A stretch of DNA of 64,000 bases from Chrysomallon squamiferum (taxonomy: Eukaryota > Animalia > Mollusca), in contig CM022665.1 in the NCBI GenBank assembly GCA_012295275.1, positions 24,924,001 through 24,988,000 on the forward strand, written 5' to 3'. Positions 14,306-28,856 of this stretch are shown here, piece after piece (position 1 is the stretch's first letter; each line of letters begins with the position of its first letter). The notes below the pieces were generated by a model. That model saw only the letters and a list, made by a program, of their open reading frames with translations. It was not told the origin of the DNA and did not search any database. A program made the position numbers and the translations under genes.

Positions 14306-16138
14306 AAACTCAGTTGAAATAAAAATCCCTGTTTTGCAAGATATACACATTTGTCTATGTCTCTGTGTGTTTGTATGCATTTGTCTATGTCTGTGTGTGT
14401 TTGCATGCATGTGTGTGTGTGTCTGTGTCTTTGTTTGTGTCTGTATCTGAGTCTGTGTCTATGTCTAGGTCTTAATGTCTTGCAGTCTGTGTGTCTTGCT
14501 GTAGTATTGCAAATCTTTGTTATTAACAATGGTTAGATATAAAAAAAAAAAAAAAAAAACAGAAGCCTACAAAGCATAACATTTAGAGTATCTGTATGTA
14601 CATCTATAGATGCACTTCAAGTGTACTTCTTAATATCTCTTCTTGCATAATTAACTGTTAGGTTTTCTTTTGTGTTTATTTTTAATGATGGATATAAACT
14701 GTGTCCTATTTTCTTTTTGTTGCAGCCATATTTTGACCTGCCAGATTTATTGTTCAACTCCGAGTATCAGATCCGAATTGAGATCCATGTGAATTCTGGT
14801 GACAGCAAAAAGAAATACTTGAAAAGTGATCTCATCTTTAAAACACCAAAGTGTATGGATACTGGGAGATATTTCACAACCTGCTTTGATCCAGTTGATG
14901 TGGTAACTGGTGAGTTTGTTGGATGTAACAAAAATATTTAAAATTTCATTTAAATCTTTAACAAACACAAGAAACCTTCATGTCATACTGTATTTGATAA
15001 ACAACAAGGACTTTTTTTGGAGCAGTTTTTCAATCACATGACAGTTGTTTTTCATCATAAACATAAATTGACTGATTAGCCTTTTAGATAACGTGGGAAA
15101 AATTAAAAAGAAATTCTTAATTTTTATAAATATTAAATGCATTTGCTGTTTAAAATTTTAATAATAATAAATAAATAAATAAATAAATAAATGATAATAA
15201 TAAAAATGATGATGATGATGAAATCTGTGAACATAAGTTCTGATATTTCTTTTTCAGAAGATTCTGATGGTCTGTCAACAACAACTGGTAAGTAACATTA
15301 ATTCTGAATTACCAGAATATAAAAAGTCTTGATCGAAAGTTTGTTTCACCAATCTAAACAGCATGTGTTATGCCACTTTCCAATCATTGCTTCATCATTT
15401 TACATTACAGATCATTCATTCTATAACCATCTGTTACTAAGAGTTATAAATTACAAGTGATTTTAAATTGCTATAAACATGAACTGTAATGGTGCATTTC
15501 AACCAGAAAAATAAGCCTAACTCTTCATTCATGGAAAATAATTGAAGATGGCCCAAGCTGGCTTTAACTCCCATTATTATTCAGAAATAGAGAATCACTC
15601 AGATATTTTTCATAACATTAAAGATAGAGATAACAGAAAAATCTTGAAATAAGAATAGTGATATAAACTATTATCTAGTGTGAGTACGAAACTTAATCAT
15701 AGACAAAAGACATGCAGTGGTATTAAATAATCTAGGTATAATGTATTAAATTATGTTGTATACTTCCCTTTTCACTACTTCAAGTTAATTAAGTTATATT
15801 ATAAATTTAAGATGAGTATAATTATGTTTACAACTTAACCAGAGTGCTCCTGGTTTTCAGTTCATATCAGGATTTCATCCTATCTTTTAGGTTAAATGTA
15901 ATTTGTTATTGTACTTACATTTCAAGATGTCTGTGGGTGGAGACCTTTCTTGTCATGATTACACTTGCAATGTGCTTTAAATTCATAGAGTTAAACATGT
16001 TTATCATCTTGTTTTATTTTTTGAATACCTTTAGTGACCACCACTGCAGTCATAATATACATCATGTTATAGCAGAATCTGATCTATTTTATCTTCTTTA
16101 TTATTATTATTATTATTATTATTTTTTTTTTTTTTTTA

Positions 16139-16170
<32 letters not shown>

Positions 16171-16819
16171 TTATTATTATTATTATTTTTTTTTTTTAGG
16201 GATTCCAAATCGGATGAATCCTCTGAAAATTGAAGTACTACCGCTGGGATCCAGTTCTGATTCACAGCAGGCTGAGTTCAACATAACATGGTCGACACCA
16301 CTGAACAAGACACTGCTGAAGTACTACAGAGTGAGGTGGGAGATGCAGGACTATCAGCAGACTGCGGAGAGTGAAATGAAAAGTCGAGTTCTGCTGTGGG
16401 TGGGGGAGAAGAAGACCAACGAAACCTACATGTTGTTAAAACTGGAGAAAGACTGCATTTATCATGTTTTTGTGAGTAGCTTATTGAACGAGTTTCAGGA
16501 TTTAGCAAGACATTTTGTGTATATAGAGCTTATTATGTAAATAGTTCATAAAAGTTTGCTGTACAGTCAATCATATATGATGGGAACAATTTGAAATTTA
16601 GAGTTTTTGTTCTTTTTTGGTTCAGGCTTTTGTCATTAATATTTTGTTCACTTATTTTTGCTGACAAATAGTGGATGATGCCCATGTTGGACAGGTAGCT
16701 GATCTGTAGAGGTTAAATAAAGAAATACATTGGTCATTGTGGGCAGGTGGCTGTTATGTACATGTGCCCATTAGACAAAGTTCGACTGATGTGTTTGGGT
16801 TTATTGTGTGTGCATGTGT

Positions 16820-16887
<68 letters not shown>

Positions 16888-19800
16888 ATGCCTGTTTTTT
16901 TTTTATGTCTTTATTTATGTATTTAACATTAAATGTTTATCATTCAACATTTTATATTTCTTTCTTCAAATTAAATCCAACATTCTGATTATCTTTCAAA
17001 AATCAAGACACCACTGTTATGTAAATAATACAATAATTTAAACTATCTTTAAAAGAAAATAATGGTTTTTTTGACGATTTTTCATTTTAGGTTGAAGCTT
17101 ATTTTAGATCTAACACAGAAGGAGGAGCCAATTATCAGAGTGATACAATTGAAGTGAACACATCAGACTCGAACAGCACTTCATCAGCCACTCTCATAGC
17201 TCAGCCAATCAGACAACAGGAAAGTAAGTGACAGATTCTGTTTACAGCCAATCGCTATCTAGATTACATTCAGATACGGGTTAAGTTCTGTTCTTAAATA
17301 ATTATCACTAATTAGACTGCTTGTTATTGTGGCTGATTATCAAATCCTTGTTCTAATAACTACTGAGATGAAATTCTGGTAAAGGTTTGGTTATCTTCTT
17401 AAATAATTAGAAGTAATTAGACTCATTGGTAAAATGGCTGATCCACCAACCTTCATTCTGAATTGTTAAGCTGTAGGCTTTGGGAGTGGCAGGCATCTGT
17501 CAGTGGTTCTAAATCACTGGTCTGGCTAAAGCCTTAAATAATGAATTTATAATCAATAAATATAAACATATATATCATGAACTTCATTATATATATATAT
17601 ATAAAATGAAGCTCATTGTTCAAGGGAAAAGCAACAAGAAAAAAAACACATTTAATGACTCTTTTAGACAAATATTTTTCGTTTTTGTTTTAATATTAAT
17701 GTTTTTATGCTTAAGATAATTGTAGAGTATTTGTGCATATTTTTTACAATGGTTACCAAACACATTTTGAATTAGTAACAACAGCAAAAGAAGAAATTTT
17801 ACAGTAACCTGCAGTTTGTAAATCATTTACAGTTAACCTTTTTTTTTAATGTTTATATTCTAGTGTACTTTTAATTTGTAAATCATTTACAGTTAACCTT
17901 TTTTTTAATGTTTATATTCTAGTGTACTTTTAATTTGTAAATCATTTACAGTTAACCTTTTTTTTTTAATGTTTATATTCTAGTGTACTTTTAATTTGTA
18001 AATCATTTACAGTTAACCTTTTTTTTTTTAATGTTTATATTCTAGTGTACTTTTAATTTGTAAATCATTTACAGTTAACCTTTTTTTTAATGTTTATATT
18101 CTAGTGTACTTTTAATTTGTAAATCATTTACAGTTAACCTTTTTTTTTAATGTTTATATTCTAGTGTACTTTTAATTTGTAAATCATTTACAGTTAACCT
18201 TTTTTTTAATGTTTATATTCTAGTGTACTTTTAATTTGTAAATCATTTACAGTTAACCTTTTTTTTTTTTTTAATGTTTATATTCTAGTGTACTTTTAAT
18301 TTGTAAATCATTTACAGTTAACCTTTTTTTTTAATGTTTATATTCTAGTGTACTTTTAATTTGTAAATCATTTACAGTTAACCTTTTTTTTTTAATGTTT
18401 ATATTCTAGTGTACTTTTAATTTGTAAATCATTTACAGTCAAATTTTTTCTTCCTTTTAACATTTTTGTTTCATTGCACTTTTAAATTTTTCTCTGTTTT
18501 TCCTTTTTTTTCTTTTTTTTTTTTCTGAATAACTAGCATTTTTAATTATAGATGTCACAATCTGTTTTCTTCTGTTATTAAGTACTTGTTTAGTTTCCTT
18601 TTCACCATGGATTCGTGCCAATATTTTCTTATTATTTCTTTTTCTTCTTCTCCTTCGACTATGTAGTTCAAATAACTGTTTGTTCCCAGTTATCAGATAA
18701 CACATGATGACAAACATTGCTTTTGAAAGTTACTGACTGGGTTAAATCTTTTATTCATATTTCTGTCAGAATTTGACAGGTTAAATCAGATCACCTTATT
18801 CGGAATGGGAAAAAAAATTACTGTCTCTTAAATACATCATAAAGAATTGCTGTTAGGTGTGAAAGTCTGAGGAGGAGAGTAAAAAAAAAAAAAAAAAAAA
18901 AAAAGTGTAATTTTTCATTTTTCTCCCATTAATCATTCCTTTTTGACATAACTAGGTGGTGTTACGGTTTCTGAGAAATAGAAATAGTGTGTAGATGAAG
19001 AAAAAAAAGTGTATATCTCTCTAAAATACACTGAGAAAAAAATAACAAGCTTTGATCTTTAGATCAGGAAATATCTTTCTTTCTTTTTATTTATTTTTTT
19101 ATTTTTATTTTTTATTTTTTCTGAGGGTAGCAAATATTTATGGATAAATTACAACAATTGATATACATCTATTTTTATTTCTTTCTTTTATTTAATTTTT
19201 CCTTTCTTTCATTTTCTTATTAAAATTTATATTTTTTCCTTCTCTCTTTTCTTTTACTATTATGTTTTTCCTTTATTTTTCCTACTTTCCTTTTTTTGTC
19301 TTTTCTTTTTACTAGTTAAACTTTTTTATTTTCTTTCTTTCATTTCTTCATTCCTTTTACTATTAAAAATCTTTATTTTTCCTTCTTAACTGCTACTATT
19401 GAAAATCTTTTTTTTATTTTTCTTTCTTTTCTTGTTTTCTTTTAAAAAAATTCTTTTATTTCTTCAGTCATCCTCAAAGCTTATGATCTGATCTCAAAAA
19501 AAAAAAATAAAATAAAATAAATAAATAGGTAAAATAAAATAAAATAAAATAAAATAAAATAATAATAATCTGAAAAAAAAAAAAAAAAAAAAAAAAAAAT
19601 AAAAATAAAAATAAAACCCTTATTTCTAGCACTAATGAAGCTGGCCATAAATAATGTATGGATGAACTTTTGAAATAAAATTTCTTACTTTTATGTTTAT
19701 TTAGACTTCTTGGCACAAGAATAATAAGAAATCCTCCTCTACATAGGATTTACTTAGACTCATTCAGTCTCTGTGTCATGTATTATTTTTCATGTTCAGT

Positions 19801-19961
19801 ACAGTGTCTGGATATGATAAAGTTTACTTTTCTGTGATTAGGTAAAAGAGTAATCTGTTTGCAAATATTTGAAAACTTTTTCAATCTTTCCCACATTTGT
19901 TTTTGTATTTCATTTACATTTGTGTTTTGTCTTCATTTACTTTTTGGTATTTTTGTTAGAG

Positions 19962-20014
<53 letters not shown>

Positions 20015-20853
20015 ACCTTTTCTTACATATTATAATTAACAGACACAGCAGGTAAATTATACTTTGCACTAATTTTGTACCGTTTACTCATGTTACAAAA
20101 ACTAACTGAAAAACTGAGAAAAACAAATAATAATAATAAGAAGAAGAAGAAGAAGCAGAAGGAGAAGACAAAGAAAAATAATAATAAAGATGATGTAGAT
20201 GATAAATAATATTAAGAATGATATTTGACTTATTCCCTTGAACTTTATAAAATAATACAATTATCTCAATATTAAAGTGTTCTGGATTGTTTCTATAAGC
20301 TATGAAATATTCACCATAATTTTTACTTTCCAGACTAGGTTCTAATTAGAAATGTTGTTGTTTTAGAGCACCACTTCAGCACACTGAGTGGTATAATTAT
20401 TGGAGTTACAGTTGTAGTCAGCCTTGTCATTCTGGCTCTGATAATCCTCTTCATCTACAAAAAGAGAAAGAATTTCAAAGACATCATAATTCCGCGAACA
20501 ACAGTGTCGAAAAGTAACAGCTACAAATCCAATATGGGAGGTAAGGCTAAAATATTTATGTTATTTATTTATTTATTTATTATTATTATTATTTTTTTTT
20601 TTTTTTTTTATTATTATTATTTTTTTAGCTTTTTAATAGTTGTAGTAGCAGTAGTAGTACTTGTGGTAGTTTTAATAGTAATAATAATAGTAGCATTAGA
20701 GTAGTGATAGGAATTGTAATAATAGTAGTGGTAGTTGTTGTTGTTGTAGTAATAGTGTTTGTAGTAGTAGCATCAGCAACAGTAGTAATAGAAGCATCAG
20801 TATTACTATTATTATTAGAGTAGTAGAAGAAGCAGTATTAATACTAGTAGTCA

Positions 20854-20888
<35 letters not shown>

Positions 20889-23800
20889 TCTGCAGCAAAA
20901 GTAGTAGTAGTAATGCTATTTTTATTCGTTATAAACTGTATTTATATAGAAGAATGCTCATCTGTGGTGTAATGTGTAACAAAATCAATGTTAAATTCTA
21001 GCCTGTAACTCACAACTGATGCATCATAGCTCTGGTATGTGCATTACTGCTTGGGAAAAAAATGTACATAAAATGCATATTGTGAGTCTTGATGGATTAA
21101 ACAATCTTAAACTATCCAGTCCACTCTTTTCTGTGTTAGCCAGATCTGAATGACTGGTTTATTAAAAGCTCTAGTATGTGTTGTCCTGTCAGAGTGTTTG
21201 TAAAAGACTCTCACCAACTTTTCAGTATTAAGAATAGTCCATAGAATGTCGGTATATGTTAATGATCCATTTTCTGATCACAGAAATAGTGATATGTTAC
21301 AGTTCTCAGACTGTTTTGTCATTGACAAACTTCATTTTATGCCCAAAACCCTGCAGACTATTTGTAGAAGCTGTAGATGAAATACAAATGAAATTCTTAT
21401 TTAAACATAGATCATGTGTTTAGATCATTTCCATGTATTACAAAATCCAAAAAAGTCTGAAATCTGAAACACTTCTGGTACCAGGTTTCCTTTCTCATCA
21501 TCTCAACAAAAAAAAAAAGAAGAAAAAAAAGTATTTGGCATCCATTATTAAAATCTTTCTTTCCTTTCATCAAGCATTCTCAAACCTTATGGCTTAATAA
21601 ATCAGGTTTTAAATAAGTGCTTGTATTTTTTATTTTTTATTTTTTTACAAATTCTTTTAGAAAATAACTAAGATGTTTTCTACATTAATTAACAATCTAA
21701 GTCTTATAAACATTAATATATTCATTTCTTGTTATCAGCAGGAAAATCAGACTACTCTAATCAACTGGTTGTTGTCAGTGACGAATGGGAGCTGGACCCG
21801 AAACTGCTCAAGTTCAGCACACCACTGGGCCAGGGGGCTTTTGGAAAAGTTGTTACTGGTTACTATAACGACTGGAAAGTTGCCATAAAACTTGTTAAAG
21901 GTGAGTCAGGCTGTAGGCAAGCAGGTGCAATGAAATCAAACGTGTTCACTCATAATTAATGACCGAACATAAAAATTGTCTGTTTGCAAGGAGTTTTTGG
22001 AGATGAGAAGGGTTTGTCAGTTACGGGCGACGTGGATGAAGCGGAACGTATCATCTTGTAACTGTGTGAATATTTAGTTTCTGCTGCTTTGTGGTGGAAG
22101 ATAATTATAGCCCAAAAGGCTGTTTATGTATTCACCGTATTGATAGTGCATTAATGAGCCTTTCTCAACAGCCCAGTTTATGTAACTACATTGAACGTTG
22201 TTTGGTTCCATATGTTACTTGTCATGCATGTGCTGATGGTTATCTTTGTAGAGTTGTAAACAAATAAGAATATCCCACCTGTTGTATTTACAAAGATTTG
22301 AAAAAGAAACAAAAGTGAAGAATAAGAAAAAAAAAAAAAAAAATATATATATGTATTTAAAAAGAAAAAAAAGATAGATAAAATTTAATTATAATGAAAG
22401 AAAATTGAAGAGAAGGTAAGAAAGAAAGAGGAATGATAATGAAAGAAAAGTGAAGAGAAGGGAAGGTAAGAAAGATGAATGATAATGAAAGAAAAGTGAA
22501 GAGAAGGGGAAAGATGAATGATAATGAAAGAAAAGAAAGATGAATGATAATGAAAGAAAAGTGAAGAGAAGGTAAGAAAGAAAGATGAATGATAATGAAA
22601 GAAAAGTGAAGAGAAGGTAAGAAAGAAAGATGAATGATAATGAAAGAAAAGTGAAGAGAAGGTAAGAAAGAAAGATGAATGATAATGAAAGAAAAGTAAA
22701 AAGAATGTAGGAAAGAATATTAAGGAAAACTAAATGATAATTTTAAAAAGGAAAGAAAAAGTAGGAAAGTATAAAAAGAAGAAGAAAGAAAAAATATCAA
22801 AGAAAAGCAAAGAAAAACAGGAAAGAATGAAAAAGAAAGAAAGAAAGATAAATGATAATAAAATGAAAGGAAAGGAAAGGAAAGGAAAGGTAAGATAGAA
22901 CAGAAAAAAAATTAAAAATGAGAATATAAAAGAAAAAACAAAAAATGATAAAGAAAATAAAAACAAATATAAAGAAAAAAAAGATTAAAGAAAAGGAAAG
23001 ATTATACAAGTAAAGTGAAAGAAACCAAACAGAAAAAACAATTGTTGATATTTGTTAGATGTTTTTAAACATGTTATATGTGTGTTATTGCTTGTGATTA
23101 TGTTGATTTGTTAAACAGACATTGGGTGAGTGTTCTAAATATGAGTTCGTTAACACTACCTGAATAAACATCAAGATACATGAGGATTGTGCCTACTTAC
23201 ATAAATAAGAAAAAAGTAGGTTTTTTTTTTTTTTTTTTTCATTAATAAATGTAAATTTCTATGAAATAACTGTTGTAACAACAAAAAGTATGAAGCATTT
23301 AATAATAATAATAATAATAACAACAGTAATAATAATAATAATTAGAAGAAAAAAAAGAATAAAAAAGAATAAATATTTTAAGGAAATGAAAAGAATATTT
23401 ATTTTAAATGAATTATCCATTATTCCTTTAAAAAAGAAGAAAAAAAAAAAAAAGATTAATGTAAAATAATTGTAACATTTTGAATTTAAAGGAAAACCCC
23501 TAGAAAAACTTCACTAAATAAAAATGTATTAAAATTACATAAATAAATAATAAGAAAAAAAAGAAAAGAAAAAAAGAGACCCCTAAAAACCACCAAAAAA
23601 AAGAAAAAGAAAAAAAACCCAGGATGTTTGCATTAAATATGCTTTTTGAATTCATTTTATCTTCCACATCCAAACTTTGATGAATTCTGGCAGGAGGAGA
23701 CAACTCTATTTAAGAGCGATTTCACACAGATTACAATGAGCAGGAAAACCGCAGACTGCACATTACATGTAAATTTATTGTGAATCTGACACGGGAATAT

Positions 23801-24565
23801 CTTAAGCCTGCCTCCACAGCAGATACTATCAGTGTCACCTCAGTCTTGTGTGGTATATGTGCTGATATTTATACACACACCGTGATAGTGCAATACAAGA
23901 CGTATCTGCTAGCAATGACTGCAATATCTGATAGTGTTGGCACCGATCCAGCACTGTTAAACTGCAGGGCACCTTGATTCCCATCAATTCCGTTTGATAA
24001 GAGACAAACAAGATCTGTTCCTATCAACACACAAATCTCCAGTTTCCTCAATCCAGAACCACCTGCCTCTGCCAGTTTTTTAAAAGTCGAGGAATGATGG
24101 ATATAAAATTTTATTATTATGAAAGTGTATGACCCATCTTTAACAGCAATGCTAATAATAACATTTTTCTGTTTGTGCTATTGTTATGATGAGAAGACAA
24201 AATACATGATTAAAATGGTATCACTGGCAGTATGAATAAATAATCTACATATGTTTTGTTATATTATTATATTGTATTTCCAAATGATTGTGTCATTTAT
24301 TGTAGGAAACAGACCTTTTCTAATAATTAAGTAAGGTTCACGACAGTATGTAAAGTAGCATTTTTCATTTTCTTCTGACATTATTTTGTTCACAGAGAAA
24401 ACCAAAAAAGGTTAAAGAGAGAAATATCTTAATGTCTTAACATCTTAAAGTTTGCTTTAAGTTTTGACACAAATGTGATTAGACTGATATTGGTGTATTA
24501 TTAATTTTTTTTTTTAAATTTAATATATTTTTGTAATCAACATTTTGTATAACATTTATACCTGT

Positions 24566-24601
<36 letters not shown>

Positions 24602-26501
24602 GTGTGTAAAATATACAGAATTAGTAGTTGTGTGTGTATATGTGAGTGTCCATACATATGTAGAATACTGGTTATGTAATATATTTGCTATATAATATGT
24701 AACACATTATAATGAGCATACAGACTATTGTGCTGGTAGTACATTGTTTTTGTTACACACAGGTCAGTTGTTCACAAACAAACAGGTGGAAACATTAGCA
24801 GTGTAGCAGTTTATCATATTCTTTTCACGAGTCGACATGTCATATTTAGGTTTACAAATGAGAAACAGGTCTTAATGATGGCAATCTATTCTGGCTGCCA
24901 TTAGACAGGTTTAAAACATCTGTCCAGGAATCCCCAGGCACCACAGTTTCGGTAGAGATGAGTGTATCTGTATACATCAACTGTATTTACTGTATTATCA
25001 CACACATTAAACAAGATGGGGGTAACACTGATATATCTTTTGTTATCTGTGAAAGCAAACGAGAGTTTGATTGCTTCATCTTGGGTATTGGATGTATATC
25101 ACCTGCGTAAATTGGAACTTCTAGCAGGTGCAGGTCGTGACAAAGAAATGAAAAATCTACAAATTATTTCATCTCTCTCTGGTTGCAAATAGAATCCTCC
25201 TGCTTCTGCGAATTCTTTTGGCATAAACAGTACAGACAAACAGATCACTTTTATTTGTTATTGTGTTTTTGTTTTTTTATGCATCTTAGATAAGATATGA
25301 AAGTATATGTGTTTGCATGTCAGTGTGTATGTCTGTATGTATGTGTTTATGCATGTGTGTGTATCTGTGTATGTATGTACAAGCTCACGCATATTTGTTC
25401 CTGATATAATTCTGTGTGTATATGTGTGTGTGGTTCTGCACATGGGTATGTTTGTGTGTGTGTTTATGTAATTGCTCACACATTTTTTCTTGATACATTT
25501 GTCTGTGTTTATATTCAAGCATGTTTGTTCTTTTGTATAAGTTTCTATATATATATGTGAGAGACAGAAAGAAAAAGATATATGTCTATGCACTTACAAG
25601 TAAATATACAGATATAAAAGTACATGTGGATGTGCACGTATGTGTGTGAATACTTGCAAGTGACAGAATGCATGTATGTATGTATGTATGTATGTATGTA
25701 TGTATGTATGTATCTATGCATATATAAACACCAGCATCAAAACCCAGAAAGAATAAAAATCAAATCAAATGCACATAATAAAAATATACACAAGTGAAAA
25801 ACCCTGGTGAACTGACTGTATGTTGTAGGTATACTTGGATGATATCCAGTCTATTCCTAAAAATCCTTTCTGTCAAAATGGCTTTCTAATTCTGGAAGAT
25901 TCCAGAGATAACTACTTTACTTTGTGATGTAGAACAGTGTGGCGTAAACAACGGAGTAATAATAAACAAAACATTGGAAATGTATTGTACTTCTTTTATG
26001 TTGTTTTCCTGCTTGATGGGTTGAAAATGTCTGTCTCAAGACTTAATTTCCTGAAATGTTACAAACTTGATGTATAAACCAGTATACCAGGAATAGTGTT
26101 GTTTTGTTTGTTTTCATGTATATGCTGAATTTAAAACTTGTGCTTTTATATTCTGTATATAGAACATGTACCAGTTACTCAATTCAAACATGCAAACACA
26201 AGCATACATGTCTTCTTCACACAGTATTGTTTGATATCAGTAATTCATGTATACATTTCATGTTATTATTTTATTTCAATTTTTAAAGCTTTTAAAATGT
26301 GTTTGTGCTTAATTAAAAACCAAAGAAACATTTTGTCCACATAAGACTTTCACCCCAACTTTCTTTAGATTTTTATTTAATTTCATTATTTATTCAGTTA
26401 TGTAATGGGGGGGAGAGGGAGGGAGAGAGAGAGGGAGGGAGAGAGGAGAGGGAGGGAGGGAGGGGGAGGGAGGGAGGGAGAGAGAGGAGAGAGAGAGAGA
26501 G

Positions 26502-26540
<39 letters not shown>

Positions 26541-28019
26541 TATTCATTATGTATTCTGCCTATACAGTAGTAGCAGTGGTAATAGTAGTTGTAACAGTGG
26601 TAGTAGTAGGAGTAGTAGTAATAATAATGATGATGATGATAGTCATAGTAATAATAGTGATACTATGTAATGTTAATTCATTATTTATTTATTTTTCAGA
26701 AGGTGCCCCACTCTCTTACAAGGAGGATCTGGTGGCTGAGATAAATCTGATGAAGCGGATTGGTTCACATCCTAACATTGTGTCTATGATTGGAGCCTGC
26801 ACACTTTGTGAACCCATAGCTCTTATCATGGAATTTGTCCCATATGGAAACCTGCAGGCCTTCCTCAAGTAAGTACACATGTCCTTTACACTGATTCAGT
26901 GTATCCAATTTAAATACACATGTCCTTATATACAGCTAATATATATACGTTGCTTATGTGTATTCGAACTTAAATACACATGTTCTGATATACTGCTAAT
27001 AATTTTTTTCAAAGTTAAACATGCATGTCCCTATATACTGCTGCTATGTACTCAAACTTCAGTACACACATCCCTGTATACTGCTTTCATATGTCCAAAC
27101 TTAAATATGCATATTCTTATGTATTGCTAATATGTTTTCAAAGTTAAATACATGTCCCTATATATTACTTCAGTCTATCCAAACTTGTCCTTATATATTA
27201 CAAAGTGTTTTTTTAAGTCTTTAAACTTATGTCCTATGTACTGCTTATGTATAAAACACACACACACACACACACACATATATGTATATATATTGCACAG
27301 ACTTAAATACACATTTCTTAACATATTACATACTATTTCTCCAAATTCAAACTGAGGTAGACATATCCTCAATATTACACAGTGTTTTATCTGTGTTCGA
27401 ACATAAGTTCACATTTTGTAAGAATACCTCAGTGCAGATAAACCAATACATTTCTTCTCTCACACTTTTACTTTTATCACTGTAAACTTTTATATCAGCT
27501 TGACACCTGTTGACTGCTAACACAGAACTATGTTGAAATGTCACTAAAAATCTAAATATTCATTAATTCTGGTAAGGTAATCTCATACTTAAAACTTGAG
27601 CACTGATAATGTGCATGAAAATAGACAAGAGTAGAACTGAACCATAATGTACTAAAAAAACAAAAATGGTGATTGCAGGATCAAATTGGGCTCTCTCCCT
27701 GTCCAGCCAGTACTCCAAAACTGGGGTATCAAATGTTTTTTTTTCTTGGTTTGTTACATAGGTAGGATAAACTGCTTCAGTGTATCCAAAGTTGAATACC
27801 TATATATTACCTATATATTATTAATTTTTTTTAATGTATTTAAATACACTCATCCCTATTTAATGCTTCTCTTAATCCAAATTAAATACATATATCCCTG
27901 TATTTTGTCATAATAACAGAATGGAATACCTTGTAAATATTAATTAAAATGTCTTCAGGTGTTACTGTTAATCATTCATTCATTAAATATGCTTTACTCA
28001 ACCAAATACGGTATCAAAG

Positions 28020-28079
<60 letters not shown>

Positions 28080-28825
28080 TGATGATGATGATGATGATGA
28101 TATTAATGATGATGATGATGATGATGATAACGAGTAACAACAGTCACAATAACAACAACAGTAATGAAAATAATAATTTTAAAACAAAGCTAGATGAAAT
28201 CTCAGTTGTTATCATAGTACACACACTTTCAAATGTAGAGACAAGAGATTTGAGAAAGTGTTTTACGTCATACAGCTACACTTGTTTTCTACTTGTCATG
28301 ACCTACTGATACAGATCTATGGAAATTTTTTGTTTCCATTAGTGCCAGACATTCTTATCTAGCAAAAAGAAATGTTCAGAAAACTTCAAAAAGTTCCACA
28401 CAACCGATTTTCTATGTATCTTCAAACTTTTTTGCCCAGCAAAGAAGCTGTGCCTGATAGAAAAGAATGCTGGTGATAAAAAACACTCACGGTAATGATA
28501 ACTGTAACTGTTAGTGATAATTAACATCATTAGTTAAAAAATAAAACTTTGCAAAATCTACAGTACATAATGAAGATATCTCACCAAGGTAATGGTAGAT
28601 GTTAATTGTATCATGCATTCAAGGGCAACTTTTTTTTTTTATCTTTAAATTTTTTTGAGGATTTTTTTTTCTTTTCTCTTTTTCTTTTACTTTCTCTTTT
28701 CTTAACTTTTTGATTTCTTTCTTTTTCTATCTTTTTCTTTTTCTTTCTTTCTTTCTTTTCCTTTTCTTACTTCCAACATCTTTCAAGATATGTGTGTGTG
28801 TATATTTATATGTATGTGTATGTGT

Positions 28826-28856
<31 letters not shown>

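Noticed and set aside
13882-14529. 215-aa minus-strand ORF
   Set aside because: Antisense shadow of an RTK exon plus microsatellite.
17815-18439. CRISPR-like array
   Set aside because: No unique spacers, only T-run variation; eukaryotic intron and no cas genes.
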